From assembly GCA_944391055.1 (NCBI GenBank), contig CALXSF010000001.1, forward strand, positions 136,012 through 200,011: a stretch of 64,000 nt of DNA, given 5' to 3'. Below, piece after piece: positions 59,236 to 64,000 of this stretch. The stretch comes from an uncultured Kiritimatiellota bacterium (GTDB lineage Bacteria > Verrucomicrobiota > Kiritimatiellia > RFP12 > DVOR01). Position numbers and translations under genes: made by a program. The notes under the pieces were generated by a model. It ran no database searches. It was not told the origin of the DNA and worked only from the letters and a program-made list of their open reading frames with translations. Within the stretch, counting starts at the first letter, position 1. Each line of letters opens with the position of its first letter.

Positions 59236-61989
59236 ATGGCCGAGCAACCCAAGGAGCCCGCCTCCGACAACGTTCAGGCGCCCCCGCCGCCCAACCCCAA
59301 AAAGACCCCCAAGGGTGCGCCCCGGGAGCCCGACGACAACGGGCCGAAGTGGCGCCGCCCGCTCATCGTCTGGATCCTGCTGGGGGTCTTCATCCTCTCG
59401 CTCGTCGGCGTCTTCCGGGGCGGGAACGAGGGGCTGACGCAGCCGCTGGGGGGCGGGGCCGCCGCGCCGCTGAGCCAGTTTGACTTCTGGAAGCGGGTGG
59501 AGGCCGGGCGCGTCCTCGGGAACGACGGGCGCCCCGCGGGCAACGCCTCCCTGCCGCAGGCGCTGCTGGTGCGCGAGGACAATGGCGCGACCTTCCTGGA
59601 GGGCCGTTGGGTGGAGGCCGCGCAGGACGGCGCGCCGAAGGCGCAGGGGCGGCCCTTCCGCCTGAACGTCCTGGACGTCTCCGGGCTGGAGGATCGCCTC
59701 GCCGAGGCGGGGGTCAAGATCGTCCAGGAGAACCGCCGCAACCTGTTGGGCGCGGTCTTGGTCTCCATCCTGCCGCTGCTGCTCATCTGCCTGCTTTTCT
59801 ATTTCCTCATCGCGCGCCAGATGAAGGGGATGGGCGGCGACGGCGGGCCCTTCGCCTTCGGCAAGTCCCGTGCGCGCCTGCTCAGCAAAGAGGACGCCAA
59901 GGTGCGCTTCAAGGACGTGGCCGGCGTGGACGAGGCGAAGGAGGAGGTGCAGGAGATCGTTGAGTTCCTGCGCGACCCCAAGCGCTTCGAGGCCCTCGGC
60001 GGGCGCGTCCCCAAGGGCGTCCTCCTCATGGGCCCCCCCGGCACCGGAAAGACCTTGCTGGCAAAGGCCATCGCCGGCGAGGCCAAGGTGCCCTTCTTCA
60101 GCATCAGCGGCTCGGACTTCGTGGAGATGTTCGTGGGCGTCGGCGCCAGCCGCGTGCGTGACATGTTCGCCCAGGCCAAGAAGAACGCGCCCTGCATCCT
60201 CTTCATCGACGAGATCGACGCCATCGGCCGCACGCGCTTCACCGGCATCGGCGGCGGCCACGACGAACGCGAGCAGACCCTCAACGCCATGCTCGTGGAG
60301 ATGGATGGCTTCGAGGGCAACACCGGCGTCATCGTCATGGCCGCCACCAACCGCGTGGACGTCCTTGACCCCGCCCTCACCCGCCCCGGCCGTTTCGACC
60401 GCCAGATTGTCGTCGACCTCCCCACCGTCGAGGGCCGCCTCGCCATCCTCAAGGTCCATGCCGCCAAGGTGCGGCTCGGCCCCGACGTCGACCTCCAGCG
60501 CATCGCCCGCGGCACCCCGGGCTTCTCCGGCGCAGACCTCGCCAATCTGCTCAACGAGGCGGCGCTGCTCGCCGCCCGCGAGCGCCGGACCGACGTCTGC
60601 CACGCCGACCTCGAGGAGGCGCGCGACAAGATCCTCTGGGGCCGCGAGCGCCGTTCCCACGCGATGGCCGACCGCGACCGCCGCATCACGGCCTGGCACG
60701 AAGGCGGCCACGCCCTCGCCCAAGTCCTTCTCGACCACACCGAGCCCCTCCACAAAGTCACCATCATCCCCCGTGGTCGGGCCTTGGGCGCGACCATGAC
60801 CCTCCCCGAGCGCGACGTCCTCAACCGCACGGAGGCCGAGATGAAGGATATGCTCGTGGTGCTCACCGCGGGCAGGATCGCCGAGCGACTCTTCACCGGC
60901 GACCTTTCCACCGGCGCCTCCCAGGACATCAAGATGGCCACCCGCCTTGCCCGCCAGATGGTCTGCGCCTATGGCATGAGCGAGGCGTTCGGCTTCCAGG
61001 CCTTCGGCGACAATGAGGAGCAGGTCTACCTCGGGCGCGAGCTGGGCCGCAAGCAGGATCACTCCGAGGCCACCGCCCAGACCATCGACGCCGAGGTCTC
61101 CCGTCTGCTGCGCGAGGCCTACATCCGCGGCGAGCGGCTCATCTCCGAGAACAAGGAGCGCCTCGCCCAGCTCGTCGACTATCTGCTTGAGGTCGAGACC
61201 GCCGACGGCCGCGACGTCGAGCGCCTGGTCAAGACCGGCGAGCGCCCCGCGCCCAAACCCAAGGCCATCCCCGCGCCGGCGCCCCGCGTCATCGCCGTCG
61301 ACGGGCCCAGCGGCGCCGGCAAATCCTCCGTCTCCCGCGCCGTGGGGCGGCGTCTCGGCTTCCTCCATGTCGACAGCGGCGCGCTCTACCGCATCGTCAC
61401 CTGGCAATGCCTTGAGCGGGGCGTCGACACCGCCGACCCCGCCGCCGTCGCCGCGCTCGCCGAGACGCTCCGGATCGACTGCAAGCCCGAGGACGGCCGC
61501 GTCGTCTTCGAGATCGACGGCGTCCGCCCCGACAAGGAGCTCCGCGAGCCCCGCATCAACGCCCACGCCTCCCCCGTCGCCACCGTCCCCGCGGTCCGCG
61601 CGAAGGTCACCGAGCTGCTCCGTTCCCTCACCCGCTTCGGCGACCTCATCGTGGAGGGGCGCGACATCACCACCGCCGTCTTCCCCGAGACCCCCGCGCG
61701 CTTCTACCTCGAGGCCGACCCCGCCGTCCGGGCCCAGCGCCGCCAGGCCGAGGAAGTCCAGAAGGGCGTCGCCAACCAGACCGTCGAGGCCGTCCAAGCC
61801 TCGCTGCTGGCCCGCGACAAGATCGATTCCTCCCGCGCCTGCGCCCCCCTCCGCAAGGCCGATGGCGTCACCGTCATCGACTCCACCCACCTCGGCCTCG
61901 ACCAAGTCATCCAGGCCGTCCTCGACGCCCTGCCGCCCGACTGGCGCCCCGCCGCCGAGCCCAAACCCGAGGAGTCCGCCCATGCCTAA
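59236..61989 (+). CDS. ftsH: FtsH ATP-dependent zinc metalloprotease fused at its C-terminus to cytidylate kinase (Cmk)
   Basis: Two TM helices, GPPGTGKT (60031), [12 protein letters not shown] motif [22 protein letters not shown] and HEGGH (60697); then a Pro-rich linker and, from 61288, [46 protein letters not shown] and IDST. There is no internal stop. Confidence 0.93.
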   Translation: MAEQPKEPASDNVQAPPPPNPKKTPKGAPREPDDNGPKWRRPLIVWILLGVFILSLVGVFRGGNEGLTQPLGGGAAAPLSQFDFWKRVEAGRVLGNDGRPAGNASLPQALLVREDNGATFLEGRWVEAAQDGAPKAQGRPFRLNVLDVSGLEDRLAEAGVKIVQENRRNLLGAVLVSILPLLLICLLFYFLIARQMKGMGGDGGPFAFGKSRARLLSKEDAKVRFKDVAGVDEAKEEVQEIVEFLRDPKRFEALGGRVPKGVLLMGPPGTGKTLLAKAIAGEAKVPFFSISGSDFVEMFVGVGASRVRDMFAQAKKNAPCILFIDEIDAIGRTRFTGIGGGHDEREQTLNAMLVEMDGFEGNTGVIVMAATNRVDVLDPALTRPGRFDRQIVVDLPTVEGRLAILKVHAAKVRLGPDVDLQRIARGTPGFSGADLANLLNEAALLAARERRTDVCHADLEEARDKILWGRERRSHAMADRDRRITAWHEGGHALAQVLLDHTEPLHKVTIIPRGRALGATMTLPERDVLNRTEAEMKDMLVVLTAGRIAERLFTGDLSTGASQDIKMATRLARQMVCAYGMSEAFGFQAFGDNEEQVYLGRELGRKQDHSEATAQTIDAEVSRLLREAYIRGERLISENKERLAQLVDYLLEVETADGRDVERLVKTGERPAPKPKAIPAPAPRVIAVDGPSGAGKSSVSRAVGRRLGFLHVDSGALYRIVTWQCLERGVDTADPAAVAALAETLRIDCKPEDGRVVFEIDGVRPDKELREPRINAHASPVATVPAVRAKVTELLRSLTRFGDLIVEGRDITTAVFPETPARFYLEADPAVRAQRRQAEEVQKGVANQTVEAVQASLLARDKIDSSRACAPLRKADGVTVIDSTHLGLDQVIQAVLDALPPDWRPAAEPKPEESAHA

Positions 61990-62596
61990 ACTCCGCCTTG
62001 CCGTGCTCGGCTCCGGCGCCGGCACCAACATGCAGTCCATCCTCGACGCCATCGCCGGCGGCACCCTCGACGCCGAGGTCGTCTGCGTGATCTCCGACGT
62101 CGCGGACGCGCCCATCCTCGAGCGCGCCCGCCGCCACAACATCCCCGCGCGCTTCCTCTCCGCCGCCCCCTACAAGACCAAGCTCGAGGGCCCCGCCGAG
62201 GAGGCCTACATCCAGGCCATCCGCGAGGTCGGCGCCGACACCGTCGTGCTCGCCGGCTTCATGCGCATCGTCAAGCCTGGCCTTCTCGCCGCCTTCCCCG
62301 GGCGCGTCCTCAACATCCACCCCGCCCTGCTCCCCGCCTTCCCCGGCCTTCACTCGTGGAAGCAGGCCTTGGACTACGGCTGCAAGGTCGCCGGGTGCAC
62401 CGTCCACTTCGTCGACGCCGGCACCGACAGCGGCCCCATCATCGTGCAGCGGACCGTCCCCGTCCTTGAGGGCGACACCCCCGAGACCCTCCACGCCCGC
62501 ATTCAGGCGCAGGAGCATTTGGCCTATCCCGAGGCCCTCCGCCTGCTTGCCGCCGGCCGCCTCTCCATCCGCGGCCGCACCGTCGCCATCGCTTGA
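61982..62596 (+). CDS. purN: Phosphoribosylglycinamide formyltransferase
   Basis: [48 protein letters not shown] and QEH..YP. Confidence 0.96.
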   Translation: MPKLRLAVLGSGAGTNMQSILDAIAGGTLDAEVVCVISDVADAPILERARRHNIPARFLSAAPYKTKLEGPAEEAYIQAIREVGADTVVLAGFMRIVKPGLLAAFPGRVLNIHPALLPAFPGLHSWKQALDYGCKVAGCTVHFVDAGTDSGPIIVQRTVPVLEGDTPETLHARIQAQEHLAYPEALRLLAAGRLSIRGRTVAIA

Positions 62597-62618
62597 TGCC
62601 CCGCCTTTTGGGAAAACT

Positions 62619-62658
62619 GGGCCGTCCGCCAATAGAGGCGGGCGGCCCCTTTCGTTTT
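62619..62658 (+). terminator. Probable intrinsic terminator after purN
   Basis: GGGCCGTCCGCC-AATAGA-GGCGGGCGGCCC followed by CTTTCGTTTT. Confidence 0.65.
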
Positions 62659-62705
62659 CGGGGGCGGCGCGCGTGCGGCCGACCGTTCGCGGCGGGGCGT
62701 CGGGA

Positions 62706-62742
62706 ACGAGATTGCGGGCCTCGTTTCCCGGATCGCGCCGCA
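62706..62742 (+). repeat. Dispersed intergenic repeat, copy 3
   Basis: ACGAGATTGCGGGCCTCGTTTCCCGGATCGCGCCGCA. Confidence 0.85.
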
Positions 62743-62926
62743 AGTCACCCTCGGGGACGGCGCGGCGCCTGCCTGACCCCGCCGCGTTTGGGGTGGGCGC
62801 GGCGCGGAGGACGGGGATTGGGCGGGGCGCAAAAATTACGGAATACCCCTTGACCAAATTGGGGGGGTGGTATATTAGTGGCCAATGAAGGGTGCTGTGC
62901 CCTTCGCAACCCCGAAAGGAGAAACC

Positions 62927-63619
62927 ATGAAACGTCTGTCCCTGTTTTGTGTCGTGCTCGGCTTGGCCGGGATGGCACAGGCCATCACCTTCGACTGGAG
63001 CCAAGCCGCCGACGTCTCCCTGACGCGCGACGCGGCGAGCGGCGTCTACACCGCCGCCGATCTCGACATCGCCGCCGGGAGCGCCTTCGCCATCCAGCTC
63101 ACGGTCCATGTCGCGAATCCCGCCGACTTCAACTATTACTCAACGTGGTATTCCAACCGGGCCTTCCTGACGCTGGGCAACGCGGACGGGCGGCAGCTGA
63201 CCATCGACAACCGTTATCACACGCAAGACCGCGACCAGCCGATGGGCGTCTGGGCGGGCGGCGTCTACCAAACCATCGACGCGACGTTGGAGATGGCCGC
63301 GGAGAACCGCTTCGTCTTCGCCTACGACCCGGAGGCCAGGGAGATGACCATCACCCAGAACGGCAGGCTCATCGCCACGCTGGACGAGAAGGCGCTGCCC
63401 GAGTTCGCCGCCATCACCACCCTCTCGCTGGCGGGCTGGGCGGACGCCGACGGGACGCTGCACGACGCGTGGGCCGACTCCGCGCTCCTTCCCCTCGACC
63501 CCGACAATTGGTCGATCGACAACGTTTCCTATACCGTCTCACTTCTCCCCGAGCCCACCGCCTTGGCGCTGCTTGCGCTGGGCGTGGCCGGCGCGGCGCT
63601 CCGGCGCCGCGCGGCCTGA
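62927..63619 (+). CDS. PEP-CTERM exosortase-target surface protein
   Basis: AAGGAG RBS; signal peptide MKRLSLFCVVLGLAGMAQA; C-terminus LPEPTALALLALGVAGAALRRRAA. Confidence 0.92.
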   Translation: MKRLSLFCVVLGLAGMAQAITFDWSQAADVSLTRDAASGVYTAADLDIAAGSAFAIQLTVHVANPADFNYYSTWYSNRAFLTLGNADGRQLTIDNRYHTQDRDQPMGVWAGGVYQTIDATLEMAAENRFVFAYDPEAREMTITQNGRLIATLDEKALPEFAAITTLSLAGWADADGTLHDAWADSALLPLDPDNWSIDNVSYTVSLLPEPTALALLALGVAGAALRRRAA

Positions 63620-63642
63620 GGCCGGGACTGTCTGTGTGAGCC

Positions 63643-63672
63643 ACCCCCGCCCGTCATCGGGCGGGGGTTTTT
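63643..63672 (+). terminator. Intrinsic terminator
   Basis: ACCCCCGCCCG-TCAT-CGGGCGGGGGT followed by TTTT. Confidence 0.8.
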
Positions 63673-63774
63673 CCTTGCCGGCGCGCGGCGCAGGGGAGAC
63701 TGGCCCGCGTCGGCGGCCGGGGCGGCGCGGTTATGGTATAATTCCCCGCCAGTCAAAACGAGGATTTCAGCGAC

Positions 63775-64000
63775 ATGGACGAAAACGCGCACGCACCCGC
63801 CGAGGAATCGGACACCGCACGGCACTTCCTGCGGCAGTGGATCGAGGAGGATTTGGCGGCGGGGAGGAACGACGGCACGGTGGTGACGCGCTTCCCGCCG
63901 GAGCCGAACGGATGGATCCACATCGGCCACGCCAAGGCCGTCTGGGTGGATTTCGGGATGGCCGCGCTCTTCGGCGGCAAGTGCCATCTGCGCATGGACG
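63775..64000 (+). CDS. glnS: Glutaminyl-tRNA synthetase, 5' fragment (runs off the window)
   Basis: Manual translation: [14 protein letters not shown]...[40 protein letters not shown], containing the HIGH motif. Confidence 0.88.
   Translation, partial: MDENAHAPAEESDTARHFLRQWIEEDLAAGRNDGTVVTRFPPEPNGWIHIGHAKAVWVDFGMAALFGGKCHLRMD

Noticed and set aside
61013-62596. Apparent 527-aa extended PurN
   Set aside because: The upstream part is an off-frame reading of ftsH-cmk; PurN starts at 61982.

Overview
A high-GC chromosomal window from a probable anaerobic PVC-superphylum bacterium, most likely Kiritimatiellota/Lentisphaerota. That placement is inferred from PEP-CTERM proteins, LpxI, an HTH-EIIA fusion, an HzsA-like protein, HydG and an RNase P RNA apparently lacking P18. 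No mobile element, integrase, prophage or CRISPR array is visible. The window holds (i) secreted glycosidases (two GH31, GH3, GH123, a DUF6067-like protein) and a hexuronate catabolic operon; (ii) a nitrogen/nucleotide block, glnA(III)-purF-carA-pyrG-carB, divergent from gltB, plus pyrC, an AICARFT-only purH and purN; (iii) housekeeping genes (rnpB, two tRNA-Arg, rpsT, cdsA, dxr, lpxI, an ftsB-like gene, partial glnS); and (iv) transporters (MATE, MacAB-like, MFS). The most unusual signals are an in-frame FtsH-cytidylate kinase fusion; back-to-back consensus sigma54 promoters for glnA and gltB flanking two WTACA-N4-TGTAA palindromes; a UxuA-SDR fusion in an operon headed by a GH123; a secreted two-CxxCH HzsA-like protein; a dispersed ~30-37 bp intergenic repeat; several apparently leaderless genes; and a G-to-C third-codon-position shift that seems to track distance from the promoter. 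All calls come from reading motifs by eye; no database searches or computations were run. Several starts were moved from the ORF track to the more plausible downstream ATG.
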